Shown here: positions 49,875-58,830 of the stretch, one piece after another
Numbering within the stretch: position 1 is the stretch's first letter
Layout of the letters: each line of letters begins with the position of its first letter
Assembly: GCA_964618295.1 (NCBI GenBank)
Contig: CAZTWV010000001.1
Location: forward strand, 92,863-156,862
Length of the DNA stretch: 64,000 bases
Direction: 5' to 3'
Origin: an uncultured Anaerolineales bacterium
GTDB taxonomy: Bacteria; Chloroflexota; Anaerolineae; Anaerolineales; UBA11858
Position numbers and translations under genes: made by a program
The notes under the pieces: model-generated
What the model saw: only the letters and a program-made list of their open reading frames with translations
The model's database searches: none
What the model was told of the DNA's origin: nothing

Positions 49875-50803
49875 TTTCCGATCTGTTCTCTATGACCGTA
49901 TTGGTCGGTATTCTCGCCTCAGGCATTCGACTTGCCACCCCGTATCTTTACGCAGCGATCGGCGAAACCTTCGGCCAGCGCAGCGGTGTTCTCAACCTGG
50001 GGGTAGAAGGCCAAATGCTGCTGGGTGCTTTTACCGCTTTTTATGTTGCGATCACAACAGGTAATCTCTGGTTCGGAATCCTGAGTGCCATGGGGGTTGG
50101 AGCCTTAATGGGTCTGGCGATGGCTTTTGTGACCGTGAATCTGCATGCTGAACAGGGGATCAGCGGGATTGGTTTTTACTTATTTGGTTTAGGTTTAAGC
50201 GACCTACTCTTTCAAAAGCTGCTGGGCACCGTGGAAACCGTCAAAGGATTTCCGAAAGTTCAAATTCCTGTCTTGAGTGATCTGCCCATCATTGGCGAAA
50301 TTTTCTTCCAGCAGAACATCCTGGTGTATATTGCCTTTGCGATGGTCCCGTTGGCCTGGTTCGTGCTCAACAAAACCACCCTCGGATTGAAAATCCGGGC
50401 GGTGGGAGAAAACCCGGATGCAGCGGATTCACTGGGTGTCAGCGTAGCCCGGATCCGGTACTTTACCATTATCCTGGGCGGAACACTGTCCGGGGTTGCC
50501 GGGGCTTCGATGTCGATCGCACTGCTGAATGTTTTTCAGCAAAATATGACAAGCGGCCTGGGTTTTATTGCTGTGGCCCTGGTATATTTTGGTGCCTGGC
50601 GGCCTTTCGGGGTGATGTTTGGAGCCTTGCTTTTCAGTCTGGTGAACTCGCTCCAGCTCTGGGTCCAGGTTCTTGGAATTCCAATCCCCTCGGATATTGC
50701 GGTGATGATGCCCTATATATTGACAATTCTGGTACTGGTGGTCTCGGTATCGCGTGTCCGGGCGCCATCAGCTTTGAGCAAACCATTTGAAAGAACAGAT
50801 TAA
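49871..50803 (+). CDS. ABC transporter permease (BMP/ribose-type), second system
   Basis: 'NLGVEGQMLLGA' and a multi-TM profile. There is a 4-nt overlap with the previous gene. Confidence 0.88.
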   Translation: MISDLFSMTVLVGILASGIRLATPYLYAAIGETFGQRSGVLNLGVEGQMLLGAFTAFYVAITTGNLWFGILSAMGVGALMGLAMAFVTVNLHAEQGISGIGFYLFGLGLSDLLFQKLLGTVETVKGFPKVQIPVLSDLPIIGEIFFQQNILVYIAFAMVPLAWFVLNKTTLGLKIRAVGENPDAADSLGVSVARIRYFTIILGGTLSGVAGASMSIALLNVFQQNMTSGLGFIAVALVYFGAWRPFGVMFGALLFSLVNSLQLWVQVLGIPIPSDIAVMMPYILTILVLVVSVSRVRAPSALSKPFERTD

Positions 50804-50884
50804 GTGAGGATGATCTTGGAGGTGAAACCCGGAAAATACTCGTTTTTGAGCGTTCCTTTTCAAAACTATTGTAAGGAGTAGATA

Positions 50885-52873
50885 ATGAAGAATATTCGTT
50901 GGATTTTGATTCCCCTCTTAATTCTCGGCCTGCTGCTGTCTGCCTGCCAGGCAGAAGAAGCGGCACCGAGTGTGGAGGAACCAGAAGAGAGTCAGGAAGA
51001 ACCGGCAGCTGAAGAAGAAACCGGTCCCTTCCGGATTGCAGTGGTTATGCCCAGTGCCATCAATGATCTTGCTTTCAGCCAGAGCATGTACGATGCCCTG
51101 CTGACCATCCAGGAAGAAATGGGTGGGGAAGAAGCGATGGAGTTTGTGTATTCGGACGGCATGTTTGTGGTGGATGACGCCGCTGCAGCTATCCGGGACT
51201 ATGCCGCAGAGGGTTTTGACCTGGTGATTGCGCACGGCTCCCAGTACGGAAGCTCACTGCAGGAAATCGCTCCGGACTTCCCGGAAACCAGCTTTGCCTG
51301 GGGTACTACCGTGGATACCTTCGGAATTGAGAATATCTTTGCCTATGAAGCAGCTTCTGATCAGGGCGGATATGTGAATGGTGTCTTGGCCGCGACCCTG
51401 TCTGAAAGTGGTGTGCTGGGCGTGGTAGGACCGATCGAGACCGGTGATGCCAAACTTTATGTGGACGGATTTGTGGCCGGCGCGGAAGCGACTGACCCGG
51501 ACGTCCAGGTCAATGTTAACTACATTGGGTCTTTCTCAGATGTAGCTCTGGCTTCTGAAGCTGCCAACACCCACATTGCTGCCGGCGCAGATGTCCTGAC
51601 CGGCACAGCCCAGATGGTGGTAGGCGCGATTGGTGTGGCTGAAGAGAATGATGCCCTGTGGTTCGGCACCCAGTCTTCCCAGACTGAGCTGGCTCCCGAT
51701 ATCGTGGTCGCCAACCAGGTTTACAAATGGGATGTGGTGTTGAATGAAATCCTGGATCTGATCGACGAAGGCACCCTGGGTGGAAAATCTTTCGTGATAG
51801 ATCTTGAGAACGGCGGCGAGGTAATCGAATATAACGCTGATTTTGATTTGCCTGATGCTGCAGCTGCCCTGGCCGAGGAAACCATCTCCGGAATCATCGA
51901 TGGATCGATTATGGGTGATGGAGAAATGAAGGAAGAAGCTGACGAAATGGCGGCCCCCACGTTTGACGAGACCTTCCAGGTTGCGGTAGTTATGCCCAGC
52001 GCCATCAATGACCTGGCATTCAGCCAGAGCATGTATGATGCCCTGCTGAGCATCCAGGACTGGATGGGCGGCGAAGCGGCGATGGAATTTGTATATTCCG
52101 ATGGCATGTTTGTGGTGGACGACGCCGCGGCAGCTATCCGGGACTATGCATCCCAGGGCTATGACCTGGTGATCGCCCACGGCTCCCAGTACGGAAGCTC
52201 GCTGCAGGAAATTGCTCCGGACTTCCCGGAAACCAGCTTTGCCTGGGGCACCACCGTGGATACCTTTGGGATCGACAACATCTTTGCTTATGAAGCTGCC
52301 TCCGATCAGGGCGGTTACGTCAACGGCGTAATTGCTGCCAGTTTATCGGAAAGCGGTGTGCTGGGTGTGGTAGGACCGATTGAAACCGGTGATGCGAAGC
52401 TTTACGTGGACGGCTTTGTGGCCGGCGCGGAAGCAACCAACCCAGATATCCAGGTCAACGTCAACTATATTGGTTCCTTCTCGGATGTGGCCCTGGCTTC
52501 TGAAGCTGCCAACACCCACATTGCCGCCGGCGCGGACGGCCTGACCGGCACGGCCCAGATGGTGGTGGGTGCGATTGGTGTGGCTGAAGAGAATGAAGCG
52601 ATGTGGTTCGGCACCCAGGCATCCCAGACTGAGCTGGCTCCCGATATCGTGGTCGCCAACCAGGTTTACAAATGGGATGTTGTTCTGAAAGACGTGATCG
52701 GAAAAATTGCTGACGGCACCTACGGAGGAACATCCTTCGTAATTGATCTCGCCAACGGCGGCGAGGTGATTGAATACAATCCGGATTACGAACTTCCGGA
52801 GGACGTTCAGGCGCTTGCTGAAGAAACCATCCAGGGCATCATTGATGGTGAGATTACAACCCTGGCTGAATGA
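50885..52873 (+). CDS. Tandem double-BMP-domain substrate-binding lipoprotein
   Basis: Canonical lipobox 'LLSAC' and the acidic tether 'EEAAPSVEEPEESQEEPAAEEE', then two near-identical ~295-aa Bmp-like modules joined by 'MGDGEMKEEADEMAAPTFDET'. Confidence 0.88.
   Translation: MKNIRWILIPLLILGLLLSACQAEEAAPSVEEPEESQEEPAAEEETGPFRIAVVMPSAINDLAFSQSMYDALLTIQEEMGGEEAMEFVYSDGMFVVDDAAAAIRDYAAEGFDLVIAHGSQYGSSLQEIAPDFPETSFAWGTTVDTFGIENIFAYEAASDQGGYVNGVLAATLSESGVLGVVGPIETGDAKLYVDGFVAGAEATDPDVQVNVNYIGSFSDVALASEAANTHIAAGADVLTGTAQMVVGAIGVAEENDALWFGTQSSQTELAPDIVVANQVYKWDVVLNEILDLIDEGTLGGKSFVIDLENGGEVIEYNADFDLPDAAAALAEETISGIIDGSIMGDGEMKEEADEMAAPTFDETFQVAVVMPSAINDLAFSQSMYDALLSIQDWMGGEAAMEFVYSDGMFVVDDAAAAIRDYASQGYDLVIAHGSQYGSSLQEIAPDFPETSFAWGTTVDTFGIDNIFAYEAASDQGGYVNGVIAASLSESGVLGVVGPIETGDAKLYVDGFVAGAEATNPDIQVNVNYIGSFSDVALASEAANTHIAAGADGLTGTAQMVVGAIGVAEENEAMWFGTQASQTELAPDIVVANQVYKWDVVLKDVIGKIADGTYGGTSFVIDLANGGEVIEYNPDYELPEDVQALAEETIQGIIDGEITTLAE
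51029..52855 (+). repeat. Intragenic tandem duplication with a 945-nt (315-codon) period
   Basis: Unit 1 is 51029-51910 and unit 2 is 51974-52855. A hand alignment of the translations gives about 38 differences in ~295 positions. The antisense ORFs 51520-51714 and 52465-52659 are near-duplicates for the same reason. Confidence 0.95.
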
Positions 52874-52980
52874 AACATGAAGTAGATGCAGGCTGGTGCA
52901 GGTAGATCCATTGGATTTATTTGTGCTGGATCCCCTCCTCTGCCGCAAGGCTGGGGAGGGGACCCTGCAGATGTGAATGG

Positions 52981-53025
52981 CTGGAGCTTGGAAGCAATCC
53001 TGTTTCTGTGCTCCAGGGATTTTTC
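52981..53025 (+). terminator. Hairpin plus T-run between the SBP gene and the ATPase gene (attenuating terminator)
   Basis: CTGGAGC (52981-52987) / GCTCCAG (53010-53016) followed by GGATTTTTC. A second GC-rich hairpin, TCCCCTCC / GGAGGGGA, is at 52931-52962. Confidence 0.5.
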
Positions 53026-53055
53026 ATCAAATCTAACTAAAACAGGATAGAAAAA

Positions 53056-54606
53056 ATGAATGAAACAGCTGTTTTACCATCTGGACAGAAACGAATTGAC
53101 AGTCTTGAGATGCTGGGTATTACCAAACGTTTTCCGGGTGTACTGGCAAACTGCCGGGTGGATTTTGAGGTGAAGGCCGGTGAGGTACATGCCTTGCTGG
53201 GTGAAAACGGCGCCGGAAAAACCACTTTAATGAAAGTGCTGTACGGGATGTATCACGCAGATGAGGGTGAAATCCTGTTCAACGGGAAAAAAGTTAATAT
53301 TACATCACCCACAGACGCGATTGCCAATGGGATCGGGATGATTCACCAGCATTTTATGCTGGTTGAGTCACTGACCGTGGCTGAAAATGTTGCTCTGGGA
53401 ATGCCGTCATCCCGCGGTCCATTAACCGATCTTGAAAGGGTGTCAGATAGAATTATTGAGCTGGGTGATATTTACGGGTTGAATGTGGATCCGGAAGCTT
53501 ACATCTGGCAGCTGTCCGTTGGGCAGCAGCAGAGAGTTGAGATTATCAAAGCTCTCTACCGGGGGGCGGCGCTCTTGATCCTGGATGAGCCCACTGCCGT
53601 TCTCACTCCGCAGGAAGTGGATGAGTTTTTCTGCATTATCCGGGAAATGGCTCAGGATGGTCATGGTTTGATATTCATCTCCCACAAGCTGCATGAGGTG
53701 ATCGATATCAGTGATCGGGTCACCGTGCTCCGGGATGGACGCAAAGTGGGCACCTACTCCACAGCAGAAGCCACCAAGGCCGATCTGGCTCGCTGGATGG
53801 TGGGCCGTGATGTCAATTTCCGGCCGGACATTGAGGAAGTAGAAGTGGGGGAAGTCCGGTTGAAGGTTGAAAATGCTGCCTGCCAGAGTGATCGGGGTAC
53901 CCCGGGGCTGCGCGGGGTGGATCTGGAGGTCCATTCGGGTGAGATATTGGGGATTGCCGGGGTTTCCGGTAATGGGCAGCGGGAGCTGGCCGAGGTGATT
54001 ACCGGGCTGCGGGAAGCAACAGGCGGAAAAATCTTCCTGGACGGGGAGGACATTTCCAATTTGCCTCCTATGGAACGTACTGATCGTGCTCTCTCCTACA
54101 TACCTGAGGAACGGATGCGGGATGGGATGATTCAGGACTTCACAGTTGCTGAGAATCTGATTCTACGGGAGCATCACAAGCAGCCGTTTTCAAGATCTGG
54201 TTTCCTGAACTTAAAGGAAATTTCCAGACATAGTGAGAATTTAATCCAGCGCTACCAGATTAAGACTCCTTCTCAGGAAACCCTGGCAAAGAGTTTATCA
54301 GGAGGAAATATCCAGAAGGTCGTGGTGGCCAGGGAGCTGTCCCGGAAGCCCAGGGTGATCATCGCTTCCCAGCCCACGCGGGGTTTGGATGTCGGCGCTA
54401 TGGAATATGTTCGGTCCCGGCTGTTGGAAGAAAGAATTAAGGGCACAGCGATTCTGCTGATTTCAGAGGATCTGGATGAGATCTTCGCCCTGGCGGATCG
54501 GATTGCTGTAATCTATGAAGGTGAAATTATGGGCATTGTTCCCCGCGAGGAAGCAACGCCTGAAAAATTAGGACTGCTGATGGCAGGAGTACACGAAGGA
54601 GTATAG
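53056..54606 (+). CDS. ABC transporter ATP-binding protein (duplicated ATPase), second system
   Basis: 'GENGAGKTT', 'LSVGQQQRVEI', 'LDEPTAVL', and a second half with 'GVSGNGQREL', 'LSGGNIQKV', and 'ISEDLDE'. Confidence 0.92.
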   Translation: MNETAVLPSGQKRIDSLEMLGITKRFPGVLANCRVDFEVKAGEVHALLGENGAGKTTLMKVLYGMYHADEGEILFNGKKVNITSPTDAIANGIGMIHQHFMLVESLTVAENVALGMPSSRGPLTDLERVSDRIIELGDIYGLNVDPEAYIWQLSVGQQQRVEIIKALYRGAALLILDEPTAVLTPQEVDEFFCIIREMAQDGHGLIFISHKLHEVIDISDRVTVLRDGRKVGTYSTAEATKADLARWMVGRDVNFRPDIEEVEVGEVRLKVENAACQSDRGTPGLRGVDLEVHSGEILGIAGVSGNGQRELAEVITGLREATGGKIFLDGEDISNLPPMERTDRALSYIPEERMRDGMIQDFTVAENLILREHHKQPFSRSGFLNLKEISRHSENLIQRYQIKTPSQETLAKSLSGGNIQKVVVARELSRKPRVIIASQPTRGLDVGAMEYVRSRLLEERIKGTAILLISEDLDEIFALADRIAVIYEGEIMGIVPREEATPEKLGLLMAGVHEGV

Positions 54607-54610
54607 TGGA

Positions 54611-55849
54611 ATGGGAAGTTTTGTTGGGTATCAGTGTTCAATTTGCGGTAAAGAGTATCAACCGGATCAGGTGACTTATACCTGCCCGGATGACAACGGA
54701 ATTCTGGATGTCTTGCTGGATTATGAAGCATTGTCTAAGAAATCCCTGGATGAACTGGTTTGCTGGCCTGAAGAATCTCTCTGGCGCTACCTGGAATTGA
54801 TGCCAATCCAAAAAATGATTGGTGTTGGAACACCCCTTCAGGCTGCAGGATGGACGCCGACTTTCAAGACAGACCGTCTGGGTCAGGAACTGGGTCTAAA
54901 CCAGCTCTGGGTTAAGGATGAAAGCAGCAATCCGACTGCTTCTTTCAAAGATCGGGCCAGTGCTGTTCTGGTGGCCCGGGCGAGGGAAATAGGAGCCGAG
55001 GTGATTGTCACCGCCTCTACTGGGAATGCAGGTGCGGCCCTGGCCGGGATGGCAGCAGCGGTCGGGCACCAATCCGTGATTTTTGCCCCGAAAACTGCAC
55101 CGCCGGCAAAAATTGCCCAGCTGCAAATCTTTGGGGCCCGGGTGATTCTGGTCGATGATAATTATGACGCTGCCTATCAGCTTTCCCTGGAAGCAACCGA
55201 GGAATTCGGTTGGTACAACCGCAACACCGGTTACAACCCGTTTACCGCGGAAGGCAAAAAGACTGCAGCTTTTGAGATCTGGGATCAGGTGCTTTTGAAA
55301 GAGAGCCTCAAGAAGCCGCTCTGTGTCTTTGTGTCGGTGGGAGATGGAAACATTATTTCCGGGATTCACAAAGGGTTTAAGGATCTGCTGGCGATTGGAA
55401 AACTGGAGCAAATGCCCCGGATATTTGGCTGCCAATCCACAGGGTCTGCGGCGATAGCTAATGCATTTGCTTCAGGAAAGGAAGAGATCGTAGCCGTTGA
55501 AGCGGACACCCTGGCGGACAGCATTTCTGTAAATTTGCCCAGCGATGGATTACGGGCTTTGCGGGCGGCTACCCAGACGGCTGGTGCGTATATCGCTGTT
55601 GAAGATCAGCAGATTCTGAAAGCTGTAGCTGAGCTGGGAAAAATTGGAATATTTGCCGAGCCGGCTGGATCAGCAGCCTATGCCGGGCTCAAACAGGCCC
55701 TTTCTGAGGGCTTGATTGCTGAAGATGATCCGGTGCTGGTTTTGAATACGGGGAGCGGATTAAAAGATGTCAAAGCAGCGATGGAAGCTGCTGGAGAAGC
55801 ACCGGTGATTAAACCGGAGCTTGCAGCAGTCAAAAAATTGATCGGCTAG
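54611..55849 (+). CDS. Threonine-synthase-family PLP enzyme with an N-terminal zinc ribbon
   Basis: 'YQCSICGKEY...YTCPDDNG', the PLP-lysine motif 'NPTASFKDRAS', and 'TASTGNAGAALA'. It starts 4 nt after the ATPase gene. Confidence 0.75.
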   Translation: MGSFVGYQCSICGKEYQPDQVTYTCPDDNGILDVLLDYEALSKKSLDELVCWPEESLWRYLELMPIQKMIGVGTPLQAAGWTPTFKTDRLGQELGLNQLWVKDESSNPTASFKDRASAVLVARAREIGAEVIVTASTGNAGAALAGMAAAVGHQSVIFAPKTAPPAKIAQLQIFGARVILVDDNYDAAYQLSLEATEEFGWYNRNTGYNPFTAEGKKTAAFEIWDQVLLKESLKKPLCVFVSVGDGNIISGIHKGFKDLLAIGKLEQMPRIFGCQSTGSAAIANAFASGKEEIVAVEADTLADSISVNLPSDGLRALRAATQTAGAYIAVEDQQILKAVAELGKIGIFAEPAGSAAYAGLKQALSEGLIAEDDPVLVLNTGSGLKDVKAAMEAAGEAPVIKPELAAVKKLIG

Positions 55850-55885
55850 ATTTTTTAATCACTGGATCTGGGACGGGAGATAGCC

Positions 55886-56827
55886 ATGACCGAGAAACCA
55901 ACCTTTACAATCATAGCTCCAATTTTCAATGAGGTGGAGAATCTCCCGATTTTGTACACCCGAATTTGCGAGGTGATGGATCAAACCGGTCAGCCCTGGG
56001 AAATGGTGATGGTTAATGATGGATCCAGCGATGGATCCACAGAGAAGTTGGACGAGCTGCAAGCGGCGGATGAGCGAATCCGGGTTGTTCATTTTGCCCG
56101 GAATTTTGGACACCAGATTGCGGTCACAGCTGGTTTGGATTACAGCAGGGGGGATGCTGTCGTGATAATTGACGCAGATCTCCAGGACCCGCCGGAAGTG
56201 ATTCTAGATTTAATCTCCAAGTGGAAAGAAGGTTATGAAGTGGTTTACGCTGTACGGGCTAAACGAGAGGGGGAGACCTGGTTTAAACTCTTCACAGCTG
56301 CAGCTTTTTACAGGCTTATTCAGCGGATTACCGATGTTGATATTCCAATGGATACCGGGGATTTCAGGCTTCTGGATCGGACAGTTGTCGACGTCATGAA
56401 CCAGATGCGGGAGCGGCACCGCTTTTTACGCGGGATGTCGGTCTGGGTTGGATTTAAGCAAATTGGGGTTGAATATGAAAGAGCCGAGCGTTTTGCCGGA
56501 GAGACCAAGTACCCTCTCCGTAAAATGCTGCGTTTTGCCCTTGATGCAATTACAGGATTTTCGTATTTTCCCCTTCAGCTTTCAATGTACCTGGGATTTA
56601 TTGCTGCCGGGTTGAGCATTCTCTCAATTCCGGTGGTGATCGCTCTTCGATTGGCAGGATCCCAGGCTTTTTTCGGCCAGGCATCTACCCTGATTGCTGT
56701 TCTGTTTCTGGGTGGTGTTCAGTTAATTTCCCTTGGGATTGTCGGGGAATACATCGGGCGTTTGTATGATGAAGCGAAAGGCCGACCTCTCTATATTGTC
56801 AGACAACACCCTCCCAAAAAACAGTAA
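55886..56827 (+). CDS. Family-2 glycosyltransferase, polyprenyl-phosphate glycosyltransferase-like (DPM1/ArnC/GtrB type)
   Basis: 'IIAPIFNE', 'VNDGSSDGS', '[10 protein letters not shown]', and two C-terminal TM helices. Confidence 0.88.
   Translation: MTEKPTFTIIAPIFNEVENLPILYTRICEVMDQTGQPWEMVMVNDGSSDGSTEKLDELQAADERIRVVHFARNFGHQIAVTAGLDYSRGDAVVIIDADLQDPPEVILDLISKWKEGYEVVYAVRAKREGETWFKLFTAAAFYRLIQRITDVDIPMDTGDFRLLDRTVVDVMNQMRERHRFLRGMSVWVGFKQIGVEYERAERFAGETKYPLRKMLRFALDAITGFSYFPLQLSMYLGFIAAGLSILSIPVVIALRLAGSQAFFGQASTLIAVLFLGGVQLISLGIVGEYIGRLYDEAKGRPLYIVRQHPPKKQ
56796..56806. promoter_or_regulatory. Candidate operator TTGTCAGACAA (inside the 3' end of the GT2 gene)
   Basis: The exact 11-mer. 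The extended form TATATTGTCAGACAA matches 30742-30756 except for the central base. Confidence 0.5.
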
Positions 56828-56848
56828 TTTGTAGTATTATAGAGTTAG

Positions 56849-56863
56849 TTGTCAGACAATTGA
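56849..56863. promoter_or_regulatory. Candidate operator TTGTCAGACAATTGA (identical 15-mer to 30702-30716)
   Basis: It lies 47 nt upstream of the ATG at 56910. The downstream elements AGGCTTG and AACTTA recur at similar spacing at both loci. Confidence 0.55.
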
Positions 56864-56909
56864 TTTGCCTTTTACAGGCTTGAAGAACTTAGTTCTAAAG
56901 GATAGTAAA

Positions 56910-58373
56910 ATGATTGACCTCTCCATGGATAAAAAGCAGTTAGAACGGACTGTGCAGCGGGCCCGGGAACGCAATATTATCATCCCGACTTTTGCACAAA
57001 TGAAGAACCCTGAACTGATTCCAGATTCAGTCAAAAACGAGTTGAAGGATATCGGTCTCTGGGATATCACCTCCCGCAACCTGTTCCGGATCACCTGGAA
57101 AAACGAACCGGTTGCCAAAGGCGGTGGTTATGGTGGTGTAAATTACATTGAGCTTCCCCCGAGCCTGACCGGTGTCAAGGCCCGGATTATTGCCCTGGTT
57201 GGAAAGTGGTTCCCCACTGGTGCTCATAAAGTTGGAGCGACTTTTGGCTGTCTGGTTCCCCCGCTGGTTACCGGCCAGTTTGACCCGACCTACCACCAGG
57301 CTGTTTGGCCCTCCACCGGAAATTACTGCCGGGGCGGTGCCTATGATGCTTCCCTCCTGGCCTGTGAATCGATTGCCATCCTCCCTGAAGGAATGAGCCG
57401 GGAACGTTTTGAATGGTTGGAAAAAGTAGCTGGTGAGGTAATTGCGACTCCTGGCTCCGAGAGCAATGTGAAAGAAATTTATGACAAAGTCAAAGAGCTG
57501 AAAGCAGAACGTGATAACGTTTTTGTCTTCAATCAGTTTGATGAATTCGGCAACTACCTCTGGCACTATGAAGTTACCGGTCATGCCATGGAAGAGGTTT
57601 TGCAGGAAGTGATGGGCCCGCGCGATGAATACCGCGGCCTGACCCTGACCACCGGTTCCGCCGGGACTCTGGGTGTGGGTGATTACATGAAGCAGCTTTT
57701 CCCCGGCAGCATCAACGTAGCCGGAGAAGCTCTGCAGTGTCCCACCTTGCTGGAAAACGGCTTTGGCGCTCACCGGATCGAGGGTATCGGCGACAAACAT
57801 GTTCCCTGGATTCACAATGTCAAAAATACCGATATGATTATGGCGATTGACGATAACACCGTGGTCAACCTGGCCCGGCTCTTCAATGAACCTGCCGGAC
57901 ATAAATACCTGACCGATGTGGGTGTTCCCGAGGATCTGGTTGGAAAACTGGACCTGCTGGGATTCTCCAGCATTGCCAACACCGTGATGGCAATCAAGAT
58001 GGCTAAGTACTACGAGATGGATGAGAATGACGTGATCCTCACTGTTTGGACTGACTCCATGGAACTGTATGAGAGCCGCCTGCATGAAATGCATGAGGAA
58101 ATTGGTCAGTACACCGAAATGGATGCTGCCCAGACTCACGCCATGTACATCTGCGGTCTGACCCCGAATTACCTCCAGGATCTGACCTATCAGGATCAGC
58201 GCCGGGTCCACAACCTGAAATACTTCACCTGGGTCGAGCAGCAGGGCAAGACCTTTGAACAAATCCAGGACCAGTGGTATGAACGGGATTACTGGACCAA
58301 TTTCCAGAAGCAAATTCCGGATATTGATGAATTAATCGTGGAATTCAATGAGCGGGTAGGTTTGCTCAAATAA
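56910..58373 (+). CDS. Large (487-aa) PALP-fold, TrpB-like PLP-dependent enzyme of unknown specificity
   Basis: 'GKWFPTGAHKVGATFG' resembles the TrpB 'HTGAHK' PLP-lysine motif, and 'STGNYCRGGA' is also present. The start is chosen at the first ATG (MIDLSMDKK) behind a GGA-rich RBS rather than the TTG at 56865. Confidence 0.65.
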   Translation: MIDLSMDKKQLERTVQRARERNIIIPTFAQMKNPELIPDSVKNELKDIGLWDITSRNLFRITWKNEPVAKGGGYGGVNYIELPPSLTGVKARIIALVGKWFPTGAHKVGATFGCLVPPLVTGQFDPTYHQAVWPSTGNYCRGGAYDASLLACESIAILPEGMSRERFEWLEKVAGEVIATPGSESNVKEIYDKVKELKAERDNVFVFNQFDEFGNYLWHYEVTGHAMEEVLQEVMGPRDEYRGLTLTTGSAGTLGVGDYMKQLFPGSINVAGEALQCPTLLENGFGAHRIEGIGDKHVPWIHNVKNTDMIMAIDDNTVVNLARLFNEPAGHKYLTDVGVPEDLVGKLDLLGFSSIANTVMAIKMAKYYEMDENDVILTVWTDSMELYESRLHEMHEEIGQYTEMDAAQTHAMYICGLTPNYLQDLTYQDQRRVHNLKYFTWVEQQGKTFEQIQDQWYERDYWTNFQKQIPDIDELIVEFNERVGLLK

Positions 58374-58403
58374 GAGTTTCCTAATTGAAATTGGAAAATT
58401 GAA

Positions 58404-58434
58404 AGCGGCATCCAGTTCTGGATGCCGCTTTCTC
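58404..58434 (+). terminator. Rho-independent terminator
   Basis: AGCGGCATCC / GGATGCCGCT stem with loop AGTTCT, followed by TTTCTC. Confidence 0.75.
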
Positions 58435-58491
58435 ATACCTAAGGAGAGCCAGTGATTTCGGGATGAACTGGCTGGAAGCTCACTTGGAAGG

Positions 58492-58830
58492 TTAGGAAAA
58501 AAACCGCCAGGGCCCCTTGTAGGGATTTCGTATCAGGGGAGGGGAAATTGCATAGCGCGAATTTTTTCTAGCCTGGATAATCACCCGCCCCCGTTGAGAA
58601 ATCAAAAACCCTTCTTCTTCCTGCAGTACATAATCGTCCAGGTCATTTTCCTGGGTGATCCATAATGAACCTTCCTGACAGTAAATGAGCTTCCAGCGGT
58701 GATCACCTGTCAAGCGTTGAATTTCACCTTGCAACAAGTAAAAGCTCGAATCGCTTCTGATCTTTTGTGCTGTTTGGTACAGGATCCGGGGTTCGTTCAG
58801 CCAGGTTTCTTGTTCAATTGCAATTGCCAT
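58492..58830 (-). CDS. Small beta-rich protein, DUF2917-like (tentative)
   Basis: 113 aa from MAIAIEQ. 'LIYCQEGSLWITQENDLDDYVLQEEEGFLI' resembles the 'G.vWvT..gd..D.vL..G' pattern I associate with DUF2917. It is divergent from the MocR gene. Confidence 0.45.
   Translation of the reverse strand: MAIAIEQETWLNEPRILYQTAQKIRSDSSFYLLQGEIQRLTGDHRWKLIYCQEGSLWITQENDLDDYVLQEEEGFLISQRGRVIIQARKNSRYAISPPLIRNPYKGPWRFFS

Noticed and set aside
51029-52855. The 945-nt direct repeat as a mobile element, CRISPR-like array or assembly-level duplication of two genes.
   Set aside because: The repeat is in-frame within a single ORF with one signal peptide and a short linker. There are no transposase genes, terminal inverted repeats or spacers. 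An assembly artefact cannot be excluded from sequence alone and is flagged in the finding.
56865-56909. The TTG-initiated extension of the PLP-enzyme ORF.
   Set aside because: It starts 2 nt after the operator 15-mer with no RBS. The ATG at 56910 is preceded by AAAGGATAG.
57027-58313. A 428-aa antisense ORF opposite the TrpB-like PLP gene. Similar long antisense ORFs lie at 34998-35834, 36085-36651, 37381-38049, 38250-38972, 47432-48646, 51536-52180 and 52343-52948.
   Set aside because: These are shadow ORFs opposite genes with obvious conserved motifs. Their translations are low-complexity or composition-driven, and each is in the frame expected when the sense strand avoids TTA/CTA/TCA codons. 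I take them as evidence of strong codon bias, not as genes.
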